64,000 bases of DNA. Source: Squalus acanthias. Lineage: Eukaryota. Where the stretch lies: positions 52,764,001-52,828,000 of the forward strand of contig CM059438.1 of the NCBI GenBank assembly GCA_030390025.1. The letters are read 5' to 3'. The first letter of the stretch is position 1, and the number at the start of each line of letters is the position of its first letter. Under the pieces are notes generated by a model. The model had not been told where the DNA came from, searched no databases, and saw only the letters and a list, made by a program, of their open reading frames with translations. Below, in pieces: positions 40,701 through 52,675 of this stretch. Made by a program: the position numbers and the translations under genes.

Positions 40701-40824
40701 TCACCACACGGACTGCTGCGGTTCAAGAAGGCAGCTCACCACCGCCTTCTCAAGGGCAACTAGGAATGGGCAATAAATGCTGGCCTTGCCAGCGACGCCG
40801 AGATCCCATAAGTGAATAAAAAAA
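37719..40824 (+). mobile_element. Near full-length LINE with tRNA-like head and ORF2 only (decayed)
   Basis: A box TAGCGTAGTGG; B box GAATTCAAATCC; EN 'TNIWGL..LTESYL', GDFN; RT; A-rich tail. Confidence 0.85.
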
Positions 40825-40889
40825 GGCTACTTTTTAGTTGCCACAAGAGTCCTGATTCAAAAGTACCTTGAACTTACTGAATTGCTGAG

Positions 40890-41088
40890 GTGTGATAAAG
40901 GGCAGTCAGAAAGATTAACTGTAGTCGTCTGGCATTGTTCTCTACACAGGCATTGATCTCTGTCTATATATGCTGTGCCCATTTGTATTTCTTCACTTCA
41001 CCTGACGAAGGAGCAGCCGCTCCGAAAGCTTGTGATTTCAAATGAAACTGTTGGACTATAACCTGGTGTTGTGCAACTTCTCACTTTT
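40890..41088 (+). mobile_element. Penelope pseudo-LTR with intact hammerhead core
   Basis: TCAC-CTGACGA-A-GGAGC agcc GCTCC-GAAA-GCTT-GTGA at 40998-41035. Confidence 0.8.
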
Positions 41089-41498
41089 TTACTGAATTAA
41101 ACTCTTGCAGTAGGTGAAACTGACAAGAAAGTACTGAAACTGCACTAACCTGACAGCTGCGAGTGACTAATGATGATCCCTTTAAATAACGTCCCTGGAG
41201 CTGGCTTCCTGGTGCTTCATGCCAGCTCTCCCTGTTGATGTTTATTCCAGGCGCAAACGTAAGTGGCGAGAATCAATTGCGCAAATCGGGTGATCAGTGA
41301 TCGTTGCACATTCACTGACGTCATGATCTACTTGGCGTTGACTTTTCCGGCGCTACCTCTTACCGGCGGCACGCCGGGGGTGGGCGGAATTTGGCGTGCT
41401 GCGCTGGATTCGCCTCGCCCCGGCGATACTGCTCTAGCGCCCCATTAGCACCATCTGTTGGTGCTAACGGGAGGCACTAAGGGAATTAATTTTTCCCC

Positions 41499-43158
41499 TT
41501 TTGTATCTGTCTTCACAGTAGAAGACACAAAAAGCATACCAAAAATAGTGGGGAACCAAGGGGTTAATGAGAGTGAGGAACTTAAAGTAATTAATATCAG
41601 TAGAGAAAAAGTGCTTGAGAACCTAATGGGACTAAAGGTCGACGAATCCCCTAGACCTGACGGCCTACTTCCTAGGGTTCTAAAAGAGGTAGCTGTCGAG
41701 ATAGTGGATGCATTGGTTGTGATTTTCCAAAATTCCTCAGATTCTAGAACAGTCCCAGCAGATTGGAAGGTAGCAAATGTAACCCCGCTATTCAAGAGAG
41801 GGAGAAAAAAAACAGGGAGCTAGAGGCCAGTTAAATAAGTGGTAACAGGGCACTTAGAAAATCATAATATGATTAGGCAGAGTCAACATGGTATTATGAA
41901 AGATAAATCATATTTGACAAATGTATTAGAGTTTTTTGAGGATGTAACTAGCAGGGTAGATAAAGGGGAACCAGTGGATGTAGTATATTTGGATTTCCAA
42001 AAGGCATTCGATAAGGTGCCACATAAAAGTTTGTTATGCAAGATTAGGGCTCATAGGGTTGAGGATAATATAATAACATGGATAGAGGACTGGGTAATGG
42101 ACAGAAAACAGAGAGTAGGGATAAACGGGTCATTTTCAGGTTGGCAGACTGTAACTAGTGGGGTGCCGCAAGGATCAGTGCTTGGGCCTCAGCTATTTAC
42201 AATTTATATTAATGACTTAGATGAAGGGACTGAGTGTAATGTATCCAAATTTATTAGATGGGAAAGTAAGCTGTGAGGAGGACACAAAGAGCCTGCAAAG
42301 GGATATAGACAGGTTAAGTGAGTGGGCAATAAGGTGGTAGATGGAGTATAATGTGGGGAAATGTGAGGTTATTCACTTTGGCAGGAAGAATAGAAAAACA
42401 GAATATTTTTTAAATGGTGAGAAACTGCTATATGTTGGTGCTCAGAGAGATTTAGATGTTCTCATACAGGAAACACAGAGAATTAGCATACAGGTACAGC
42501 AAGCAATTAAGAAAGCAAATGATATGTTGGCCTTTATTGCAAGGGGGTTGGAGTATAAGAGTAAGGAAGTCTTGCTACAATTGTACAGGGCTTTGGTGAG
42601 ACCACACCTGGAGTACTGTGCACAGTTTTGGTTTCCTTATCTGAGGAAGGATATACATGCCTTAGAGGCGGTGTAACGAAGGTTCGCTAGATTGATCCCT
42701 GGGTTAAGAGGGTTGTCCTATAAGGAGAGATTGAGTAGATTTGGCCTGTACTCTCTGGAGTTTAGAAGAATGTGAGATGATGTCATTGAAACATATAAGA
42801 TACTGAAGAGGATTGACAGGGTAGATGCTGAGAGGTTGTTTTCCCCTTGCTGGAGAGTCTAGAACTAGGGGGCATAGTCTCTGTATAAGGGGTCAGCCAT
42901 TTAAGACTGAGATGAGGAGGAATTTCTTCCCTCAGAGGGTTGTGAATCTTTGGAATTCTCTGCCCAGAGGGCTGTGGATGCTGAGCCTTTGAGTATATTC
43001 AAGGCTGAGATAGATAGATTTTTGGACTCTAGGGGAATCAAGGGATATGGAGATCGGGCGGGAAAGTGGAGTTGAGGTCGATGATCAACCATGATCTTAT
43101 TGAATGGCGGAGCAGGCTCGAGGGGCCGTATGGCCGACTCCTGCTCCTAATTCTTCTG
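41499..43158 (+). mobile_element. CR1 ORF2 right part and 3' end
   Basis: [14 protein letters not shown] and 3' stem-loop. Confidence 0.9.
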
Positions 43159-43609
43159 TCAGCTCTATGAATGCTGTAGCGGGACCCTCAGTACTGGTGC
43201 CTGTAGTGACAGCTGTGACAGCTTTGATGGAAGCTCAGATGCAGCAATTCAGGCTCTGGGCTCCACCATCTCCACAAGCTTCCACAATTTGTGTCAATGT
43301 ATGGATAAGAGCTTCAGTGCCATCACAGCCCTCATGCAGTCTGCTCTCTTGCAGATCAGTGTGTGTGCTGAGGCGCAGCCCCATACAAAGAGCGGTAGAG
43401 TCATTGGAGAGGATCTTGCTTTCCTCTCTCAGGAAGACAGCACAGCTGCTTGCCCATCAACCCCTCAACCAATGCCTGTCCTGGTGCCAGAAAGCCAGCT
43501 GGATCAGACTGCCCTGGCAGTAATCAAGTTGCTGCAATTAGGCATCGCAAGTGCCCTCATCGGAGGCTCAGCAGCCTTCCACCTCCCATGCTGAAGCCAC
43601 AGGGGTAGA

Positions 43610-44034
43610 GAATCCATTAGCCATAATATGAAAAGATAACAGTTGGTAAGGCTTTTTCTTCAAAGGGTTTAGGGACTGTTACATCAGGAAATCTTGTTTA
43701 AGGGAAGTAGCTTTGGGTAAACAACTACAAGTGTTTACATGAATAGACTGTCTTCAAGAATTTAGGAATAGGTACATCATGCAGTCTTTTCTATGACATT
43801 TTCCTTCGGTGTAGTCAAAATATGGTGCAAAAAGGAGCATGGTTTTCAACAGTAATTCAGAGGGCTCGAAATATAGAACTTGTAACCGAAAAGCCACTCT
43901 CTGTATACAGTTAGGCTGATTACTTTTACTGTGTATCAATAAAGTTTGTTCCATATACTACACTACATAGTGCCTAGTGCTTACTCGAAACGTGTTGGCT
44001 GTGAACCAGAGGAGAAAGGAGGTTGGCTGCTAAC
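43610..44034 (+). mobile_element. Partial LTR related to 2972-3628
   Basis: Reverse complement aligns by eye (GAAAACCATGCTCCTTT, GAGTAAGCAC, TATATGGAACA); ends CTAACA. Confidence 0.75.
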
Positions 44035-44269
44035 AGCACCATGTAGGAGCACCAGAATAGATTGGTGAGCACTAAAGTCATGCACTGGGGGCTTGCACCA
44101 GGGTGATAATTAGTTTGGGGATGTGTTAATTCTCATTGTCAATTCAAGTCTTTTATAGAAACCATGGTCTACAGAGTTTGGTGAGTATGTGTTGACCAGA
44201 CAATGTGATTTGACTGAAAGACCCACACTGGTTTTGGGGTTGAGTGCAGTCCTAAGGTTGGTGGAAGGA

Positions 44270-44485
44270 TAGGGACTGATGTTGAGAAGTCTGTTGATGC
44301 AGGGGAATAGGAATGATTCAGCTGAAGCCTTCCTCAATGATATGCTGCAAAGGAGCCCTTGCAGCTTTCCCTTCCTCCTCATCCTCTGTTTCTTTGAGTT
44401 CTTCATGCTCCTCTGCCTCTACAGACATATCGATGGGTGGCCGCTCTGCATGGCAAAACTGTGGCGCATGAGAGCTTTAAGCACA
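44270..44485 (-). pseudogene. Harbinger transposase C-terminal remnant
   Basis: 'LMRHSFAMQSG' followed by an acidic tract, like 20820-21000. Confidence 0.5.
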
Positions 44486-44845
44486 GAGCTTGCCGAGAGT
44501 GGGGTGAATCTGCTAAACAGAGTGATGACAGGGATTTGGTGAGAGTGGGAATTCGGTACAGAGGGGGAAGGAGGTGCGAAGAACTTTAGCCAAGGGACAA
44601 CAGTAAATAAATAAACATACAAATCATCAGAATAATGAATTAGATCTAAAGGGATAACATTAAAATCAACTAAGTAGAGGATACCAACATTAAAGGGATC
44701 TGAATTGCATTAAATAAAACTCTGGTATATATAAATAGTTAATAAATAATAAATAGCAGTAAGAGGATACTAAACTGAAAACATATATATATGTGACATA
44801 AGACATATATATATAATGTAAGTAGATAGATCACTTTTAAGCAAA

Positions 44846-45700
44846 GTGATGGTACAGCTGAGACCCATTGCCTGCAATTCCTGTGCCATGTGGGAACTCC
44901 AGGATGCTTCATGTGTCCTGGATAACCACGTGTGCAGGAAATGCCTCCAGTTGCTCAGACTCAAGCTCAGGGTTTCTGAGCTTAAGGAGTGGCTGGAGTC
45001 CCTGCAGGGCATAAATGAGGCTGAGAATTTCCTGGAGCGCATGTTCACTGCCTTCACCACAGGGACTGCAGCGGTTCAAGAAGGCAGCTCACCACCACCT
45101 TCTCAAGGGCAATTAGGGATGGGCAATAAATGCTGGCCTTGCCAGCGATGCCCACATCCCAGGAATGAATACAAAAAAATAGTAGGATAAGACAGGTTAA
45201 CGCGTGGCTGGAGCAATGGAGCAGGAGGGAGCGCTTCAGATTCCTGGGGCATTGGGAACTTTTCTGGGGCAGGAGGGACCTGTACAAGATGAACCGGTTG
45301 CACCTCAACAGGGCTGGGAGCAATGTCCTCGCAGGGAGGTTAACTAGTGCTGTGAGGGAAGGTTTAAACTAATTTGGCAGGGGGAGGGGCATCAGGATGA
45401 ATCATTAGAGAGGAGAAACAAGGTGCACAGAGGACTGAGCGAGACAAACAGCATTAAAATAAAGTGTAGTTCAGAAATAGGAGGGATCAGACAGGGAGGG
45501 AAATGCAAGGCAGACTAAGATGGTTTAGAGACCATGTGCATAAATGTGGTAAATAAGGTTAGTGAGCTGCAGGCACAAGTAGCCACATGGGATTATGATA
45601 TAGTGGCAATAATGGAGACCTGGCTCAAACAAGGACAGGAATGGGCACTTAATATTCCTGGCTACAAAGTATTCAGGAAAGACAGGGAAGGAACAAAGGG
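44846..45700 (+). mobile_element. CR1 ORF1 and ORF2 5' fragments
   Basis: 'CNSCAMWE...CRKCLQL'; 'DIVAIMETWL'; contains a short second-family LINE tail at 45050-45180. Confidence 0.8.
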
Positions 45701-46264
45701 TGGCTCAAAGGGCCAAATGGCCTACTCCTGCTCCTATTTCTTATGCTCTTACAGGGAGTGGTCTGGCTGGTGCAGAAGTATTTTTCTGTTGATTTAAAAC
45801 CTTGGGCTGAATAAAGTTGCTTCCAGAAATGGGTGGCCTGGTAGGGTTTCCTCTGGGATTTGAGCATGATTGAAGAGAGGCCATGCACAGTAGGACAAGC
45901 CAATGAACAATACGGGTAGCGCTGGCTGCACGCAGCAATCATTTAAAACGGCAGGCAGCACGAATTTAACGTGCTGCCTGCAACGCAATCAACAGACACG
46001 GGTTAATTGTGTACCGCGATCCCACGCCTGTTTTCGGGGGCTAGTCAATTTAACCCCCATAGAGATTAAAATGAAACAGGAAAAGGAGGCTTATGATAAA
46101 TGCCAGCTTCATAATTCAGTAGAGAACCAGACTGAATACAAAAAGTACAGCGGAGAACTAAACAAAGAAATAAGAGGGGCAAAGAGAGAGTATGAGAATA
46201 GATTAGCTCGTAACATAAAAGGGAATCCAAAAGTCTTTTATAAACACATAAATAGTAAAAGGGT

Positions 46265-46932
46265 GAGGTGAATCTATGAATGTGAGGTATGAGTCCTGTT
46301 TGATAGAGATTGTTGGTAGGTGAGTGATAGGGTAGGTGCATTGAGCAGTGTGTGAGGCTAGTGGTGCAGTTGGTGGGATACATTCACTGACTTTGAACAC
46401 GCGTGTGAAGTCTTTGAACTTCTTGCGGCACTGCATCCAGGTCCTCAGGGCTTGACTTCTGGCACTGACCGCCACGGATACCTGCTCCCGCTGCCTTCGC
46501 AGAGTTTGTCTGGAGGGCCTTCTGGCCCCCTCTGGATAGAGGACCTCTCTCCTCCTGTCCATCTCCTCCACAAGGGCCTCCAGTGCAGCATCTGAGAACC
46601 TTGGAGCATGCTCTCTCCCCTGTTGTGCCATTAGTCACACTTCTATCCCAGCTACTTTCTGCACCTGCTCCAGCCAGAATGCAGCTCCCCTTTAAGAGGG
46701 TAGGCTGGCTTTAAGTAGTGCAGGCTAGCTTTAAGTGGTGCTAGTGTCGCACAAACTTGGGCTCCCTGCTGAGGCGTTCAGCCACTCAACAGTGCATTTA
46801 GCACTGCCGCAATCATTTAATTTAGTAGGCAGCGCGAAGTTTGTATGCTGCCTGCATCAGAAACAATGGGCGCGGGTTAATCGCATATCGCGATCCCTGT
46901 GCCTGTTTTCAGCGGCTATCGAATTTAGGCCC
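46265..46932 (-). mobile_element. Harbinger end with open Myb/SANT exon 1
   Basis: 'MAQQGREHAPRFSDAALEALV...WMQCRKKFKDF' followed by a GT donor; TIR GGGCCTAAATTC. Confidence 0.8.
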
Positions 46933-48694
46933 CGCATGTAGAAACATAGAAACATAGAAGATAGGAGCAGGAGTAGGCCATTTGGCCCCTCGAGCCTGCT
47001 CCGCCATTTGATGAGATCATGGCTGATCATCCAAACTCAGTACCCTGTCCCTGCCTTCTCCCCATATCCCTTGATACCTTTAGCCTTAAGAAATATATCT
47101 AACTCATTCTTGAATATATTTAATGACTTGGCCTCAACTACCTTCTGTGGTAGAGAATTCCACAGTATTGCTTGATGCTGTCTTTATGCTTGTGTAAACT
47201 GTTTTAATGCTGTGTGCAATGTTAAGTCATTAAAGGTAACTTTGATTAATGCAGTATGACTTTCTTTGGCTGGCTACTATTCAGGTCCATGAAATACTGG
47301 AATATCTATATCCCTACAGACTAGGTCAATTGAAAATTTCAAAACTAAAATTGATAATTTTTGTTAGGCAAGTTTATTAATGGATATGGAGCCAAGGTGG
47401 GTAAATGGAATTAAGCTACATAGAATTACATAGAATGTACATAACAGAAACAGGCCATTCGGCCCAACTGGTCCATGCCGATGTTTATGCTCCACACAAA
47501 CCTCCTCCCACCACTCTTCATCTAACCCTATTAGCATAACCTTCTATTCCTTTCTCCCTCATGTGTTTATCGAGCTTCCCCTTAAATGAACTGATGCTAT
47601 TCACCTCAACAACTCCTTCCGGCTTGCTCCACCCTCACCTCCAACAAGTGCGAGGAGCTCTTGGGTTTCTTTATCACTAAGATTGAGACCATCCATTCAG
47701 CTGCCTCTGCCGCTTCCCTCCCTTCCTCTAGTCCACCAGGCCAAACTTCCTCTATGGTTCCCCCCTGCCCTAACCCTGAACTTGCATCTTTCTCTACTTT
47801 ATTTCTTATCTCCCCTCATGCCCTCACCGAGTTCATCTTGTCCATGAGACCCACCTCCTGCTCCCTTGACCCTATTCCCACTAAACTGCTGACCACCCAA
47901 CTTCCCTTCCTGGCCGCCATGTTAAATGATATTGTTAATGGTTGTCTCTCCTCAGTTACTGCCCCCCTCCCCTTCAAATCTGCCGTCATCATCCCTCTTC
48001 TGATAAAACCAACACTTGAACCCTCTGTCCTTGCAAACTATCACCCATCTCCAACATCCCTTTCCTCTTCAAAATCCTTAAACGTGCTGTCACCTCCCAA
48101 ATCCGTGCCCATATTGCCCGGAACTCCATGTTTGAATCCCTCCAATCAGGTTTCCGCCCCGGCCACAGTACTGAAATGGCTCTTATGAAAGTCAGAAATG
48201 ACATCCTATGTGACTGTGACCATGGTAAACTATCCCTACTCATCCTTCTCGACCTGTCTGCAGCCTTTGACATGGCTGACCACACTATTATCCTCCAACG
48301 TCTCTCCTCCGTTGTCCAGCTGGATGGGACTGCCCTCGCCTGGTTCCATTCTTATCTATCCAGTCATAGTCAAAGAATTACCTCTGGAGTCCCCCAAGGA
48401 TCTATCCTTGGCCTCTTTCTATTTCTCATTTACATGCTGCCCCTCAGTGACATTATCCAAAAACACGTCAGTTTCCAAATGTACACTGACGACACCCAGC
48501 TCTTCCTCACCACTACCTCTTTCGACCCCTCCAAGACATCCAGTACTGATGATCAGAAATTTCCTCCAATTAATGGGAAGACCAAAGCCATTTTCTTTGG
48601 TCCCCACCACAAACTCCGTTCCCCAGCCACTGACTCCATTCCTCTCCCTGGCAACTGTCTGAGGCTGAACCAGATTATTCGCAACATTGGTGTT

Positions 48695-51600
48695 AACATA
48701 AGAACATAAGAAATAGGAGCAGGAGTAGGCCAATCGGCCCCTCGAGCCTGCTCCGCCATTCAATAAGATCATGCTGATCTGATCCTAACCGCCAATCTAC
48801 TATCTATCACAGAACCATCTCCTGCATCTAACAGAATTGCACACACGAAATAGGAGCAGAATCAGGCTACACAGTCCCTGGGCCCGCTCCACTACCCACA
48901 GGGCCATGACCGATCCGAACCTAGACTCATGTCCAAATTCCTGCCCACTCCCCGTAACCCTTAATGCCCTTTACTTCTAGGAAACTGTCTATTTCTGTTT
49001 TAAATTTAATTAATGTTGTAGCTTCTACAGCTTTTTGTGGCAGCATATTCCATGGACCTACCACCCTCTGAGTGAAGTAGTTCCTCCTCATCTCAGTTTT
49101 GAAAGAGCAGCCCCTTATTCTAAGACTATGTCCCCTAGTTCTCGTCTCACCCGTCATCGGGAACATCCTCCCCGCATCCACCCGATCCAACCCCTTCACA
49201 ATCTTATATGTTTCAATAAGATCACCTCTCATTCTTCTGAACTCCAATGAGTAGAGTCCCAATCTACCCAACCTCTCCTCATATGACCACCCCCTCATCC
49301 CCGGGATTAACCGAGTGAACCTTTTTTGCACTGCCTCGAGAGCAAGGATGTCTTTCCTTAAGTAAGGACACCAAAACTGTATGCAGTATTCCAGGTGCGG
49401 TCTCACCAATACCTTGTACAACTGAAGCAATACCTCCCTATTTTTATATTCTATCCCCCTAGCAATGAAAGCCAACATTCCATTTGCCTTCTTAATCACT
49501 TGCTGCACCTGCATACTAACCTTTTGAGTTTCGTGCACCAGGACCCCCAGATCCCTTTGCACTTCAGTACTCTCCAGTTTCTTGCCATTAAGATAATAAA
49601 TTGCTCTAGGATTTTTCCTGCCAAAGTGCATCACCTCACACTTTCCAGTGTTGTATTCCATCTGCCAAATCTCTGCCCACTTACTTAGCCTGTCTATGTC
49701 CCCTTGCAGGTTTTTTATGTCCTCCTCACTCACTACTTTCCCTCCCATCTTTGTATCATCTGCAAATTTTGATATGTTACACTTGGTCCCTTCCTCCAAA
49801 TCGTTAATATAGATTGTGAAGAGTTGGGGACCCAGCACTGACCCCTGTGGAACACCACTAGTTACTGATTGCCAGTCTGAGAATGAACCATTTATCCCAA
49901 CTCTTTGCTTTCTTTTAGATAGCCAATCCTCTATCCATGCCAGAATATTACCCCCAATCCCGTGATTTTTTACCTTAAGCAATAATCTTTTGTGTGGCAC
50001 CTTGTCAAATGCCTTTTGGAAGTCTAAATACACTACGTCCACTGGTTCCCCTTTATCCACTCTATATGTTACTTCCTCAAAGAACTCCAGCAAATTTGTC
50101 AAACATGACTTCCCCTTCGTAAAACCATGCTGACTTTGTCCTATTAAATTATGATTATCCAAATGTCCTGTTACTGTTTCCTTAATAATGGACTCCAAAA
50201 TTTTACCTACCACAGATGTTAGGCTAACCGGTCTATAGTTACCAGCCTTCTGTCTACTGCCCTTTTTAAATAAGGGTGTTACATTAGCAGTTTTCCAGTC
50301 TGCCGGGACCTTAGCGGAATCCAGGGAGTTTTGAAAAATTATTACCAATGCATCTACAATCCCTACCGCCACTTCCTTCAAGACTCTAGGATGTAAGCTA
50401 TCAGGTCCAGGTGATTTATCCGCCTTGAGTCCCATTATTTTACCGAGTACCACTTCCTTAGTGATTTTGATCGTGTTTAGCTCCTCTCCCCCTATAGCCC
50501 CCTGTTTGTCCAGTGTTGGGATATTCTTAGTGTCCTCTACTGTAAAGACTGATACAAAATATTCATTCAGTGTTTTTGCCATCTCCATATTTCCCACCAT
50601 TAATTTCCCGGTCTCATCCTCTAAGGGACCAACATTTACTTTAGCCACCCTTTTTCTTTTTATATAACTATAAAAACTCTTACTATCTGTTTTTATATTT
50701 TTTGCTAATTTACTTTCATAATCTATCTTCCCTTTCTTAATCAATCTTTTTGTTATTTTTTGCTGCCTTTTAAAGTTTTCCCAATCCTCTGTCCTCCCAC
50801 TAGAATTCGCTACCTTATATGCCCTTGTTTTTAGTCGAATACTATCCTTAATTTCTTTACTTAGCCACGGATGACTGTCCTTTCTTTTACACCCTTTTCT
50901 TTTCAGTGGAATATATATTTTTTGGAAGTTGTAAAATAACTCCTTGAATGTACACCACTGATCATGTGTCGTCTTACCCTTTAATCTATTTTCCCAATCC
51001 ACTCTACTCAATTCCGCTCGCATACCTTCATAGTCTCCTTTATTCAAGCTTAGCACGCTTGTTTGAGATCCAACCTTCTCACCCTCTAATTGAATATGGA
51101 ATTCAACCATGTTATGGTCACTCATTCCAAGGGGATCCTTTACTAGGACATTTTTAATTAATCCTGTCTCGTTACACAGGACCAGATCTAAGGTTGCTTG
51201 CCCCCTGGTCGGTTCAGTTACATACTGCTCAAGAAACCCATCCCTAATACACTCAATGAACTCATCCTCAAGGCAGCCCTGGCCCATTTGATTTGTCCAA
51301 TTAATATGATAGTTAAAATCCCCCATAATTATAGATGTTCCCTTATTACATGCCTCAACTATTTCCTGATTGATACTCCGTCCAACAGAGTTGCAACTGT
51401 TCGGAGGCCTATAGACTACGCCCACTAGTGTTTTTTTCCCCTTATTATTCCTTATCTCCACCCAAACTGTTTCATTATCATGATTTTTTGACCCAATATC
51501 ATTACTCTGTATTACAGTGATTCCTTCCTTTATTAACATAGCCACCCCACCTCCCCTTCCTACCTGCCTGTCCTTCCTGATCGTTAAAAAACCTGGTATG

Positions 51601-51806
51601 TTTAATTCCCAGGCATTGTCACCCTGCAGCCATGTTTCTGTAATGGCCACAATATCATAACCATATGTAGTTATTTGTGCCATTAACTCGTCTATTTTGT
51701 TACGAATGCTACGTGCATTCAGATAGAGAACTTTCAAATATGCTTTGTGGCACTTAGTTCCTGCTTTTTCACTTTTTACCACTTTACCTTTTACTCCACA
51801 CACTCT
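48695..51806 (-). mobile_element. Young CR1, 5'-truncated just upstream of the endonuclease
   Basis: TSD GTGTT (48690-48694, 51807-51811); (TTCTTATG)n tail. Confidence 0.93.
48927..51806 (-). CDS. Uninterrupted CR1 ORF2 (EN plus RT), about 960 codons
   Basis: [36 protein letters not shown]; no stops. Confidence 0.85.
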   Translation of the reverse strand, partial: RVCGVKGKVVKSEKAGTKCHKAYLKVLYLNARSIRNKIDELMAQITTYGYDIVAITETWLQGDNAWELNIPGFLTIRKDRQVGRGGGVAMLIKEGITVIQSNDIGSKNHDNETVWVEIRNNKGKKTLVGVVYRPPNSCNSVGRSINQEIVEACNKGTSIIMGDFNYHINWTNQMGQGCLEDEFIECIRDGFLEQYVTEPTRGQATLDLVLCNETGLIKNVLVKDPLGMSDHNMVEFHIQLEGEKVGSQTSVLSLNKGDYEGMRAELSRVDWENRLKGKTTHDQWCTFKELFYNFQKIYIPLKRKGCKRKDSHPWLSKEIKDSIRLKTRAYKVANSSGRTEDWENFKRQQKITKRLIKKGKIDYESKLAKNIKTDSKSFYSYIKRKRVAKVNVGPLEDETGKLMVGNMEMAKTLNEYFVSVFTVEDTKNIPTLDKQGAIGGEELNTIKITKEVVLGKIMGLKADKSPGPDSLHPRVLKEVAVGIVDALVIIFQNSLDSAKVPADWKTANVTPLFKKGSRQKAGNYRPVSLTSVVGKILESIIKETVTGHLDNHNLIGQSQHGFTKGKSCLTNLLEFFEEVTYRVDKGEPVDVVYLDFQKAFDKVPHKRLLLKVKNHGIGGNILAWIEDWLSKRKQRVGINGSFSDWQSVTSGVPQGSVLGPQLFTIYINDLEEGTKCNISKFADDTKMGGKVVSEEDIKNLQGDIDRLSKWAEIWQMEYNTGKCEVMHFGRKNPRAIYYLNGKKLESTEVQRDLGVLVHETQKVSMQVQQVIKKANGMLAFIARGIEYKNREVLLQLYKVLVRPHLEYCIQFWCPYLRKDILALEAVQKRFTRLIPGMRGWSYEERLGRLGLYSLEFRRMRGDLIETYKIVKGLDRVDAGRMFPMTGETRTRGHSLRIRGCSFKTEMRRNYFTQRVVGPWNMLPQKAVEATTLIKFKTEIDSFLEVKGIKGYGEWAGIWT

Positions 51807-52675
51807 GTGTTGTATTTGATCCCGAGATGAGCTTCTGTTCACATATCTGCGCCATAACTAAGATCGCCTACTTCCAACTCTGTAACCTCATCCGATTCCG
51901 CCTCTGCCTCAGCTCATCTGCTGCTGTAACCCTCATCCATGCCTTTGTTACCTCTAGACTGGACTATTCCAATGCACTCCTTGTCGGACTCACATCTTCC
52001 ACCCTCCATAAACTTGAGGTCATCCAAAACTCTGCTGCCCGTATGCTAACTCACACCAAGTCTTGTTCATCTATCATCCCTATACTCGCTGACCTACATT
52101 GGCTCCTGGTTGAGCAATGCCACAATTTTAAAATTCTCAACCTTGTTTTCAAATCCCTCCATGGCGTCGCCCCTCTTTATCTCTGTAAACTCCTCCAGCC
52201 CTACAACCCTCTGAGATATCTGCGCTCCTCCAATTTTGACCTCTTGTGCATCCCTGATTTTAATCGCTCCACCATTGGCGGCTGGGCCTTCAGTTGCCTA
52301 GGCCTTAACCTCCCTAAAACTTTCCGCCTCGCTGCTTCTCTTTCCTTCTTTTAGATGCTTCTTAATACCTACCTCTTTGACCAAGCTTTTGATCATCTGC
52401 CCTAATATCTCGTTATGTGGTTCAGTGTCAAATTTTGTTTGATAATGCTCCTTTGAAGCGCCTTGGGACATTTTACTATGTTAAAGGCGCTGTATAAATA
52501 CAAGTTGTTGTTATGCTACCGACTTCCACATTCTAGCCACTCAGCCATGACTAATTGAATGGTGGAACAGGCTCAAGGGGCAGAATGGCCGACTCCTGTT
52601 TTTGTGTTCCTGCTCTGTTGTAAACTGCATGGATTTGATGGCTAAGTTGCAGAAACATCCTTACATATTCTAGGG

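Larger units (their letters stand above)
31062..41498. mobile_element. Composite Harbinger transposon with nested inserts
   Basis: Imperfect TIRs GGGCTAGAAATT / AATTTTTCCCC; TTT TSD; convergent Myb gene and transposase. Confidence 0.75.
47620..52512 (+). mobile_element. L2 LINE, split by a CR1
   Basis: 'LDPIPT', 'QSGFRPGHSTE', 'LDLSAAFD', 'SRLDYSN'; TATAAATACAAGTTGTTGTT tail. Confidence 0.9.

Noticed and set aside
43754..43954. ORF with 'APYFDY' that looked like a GPR158-type exon
   Set aside because: The region is homologous to the solo LTR at 2972-3628.
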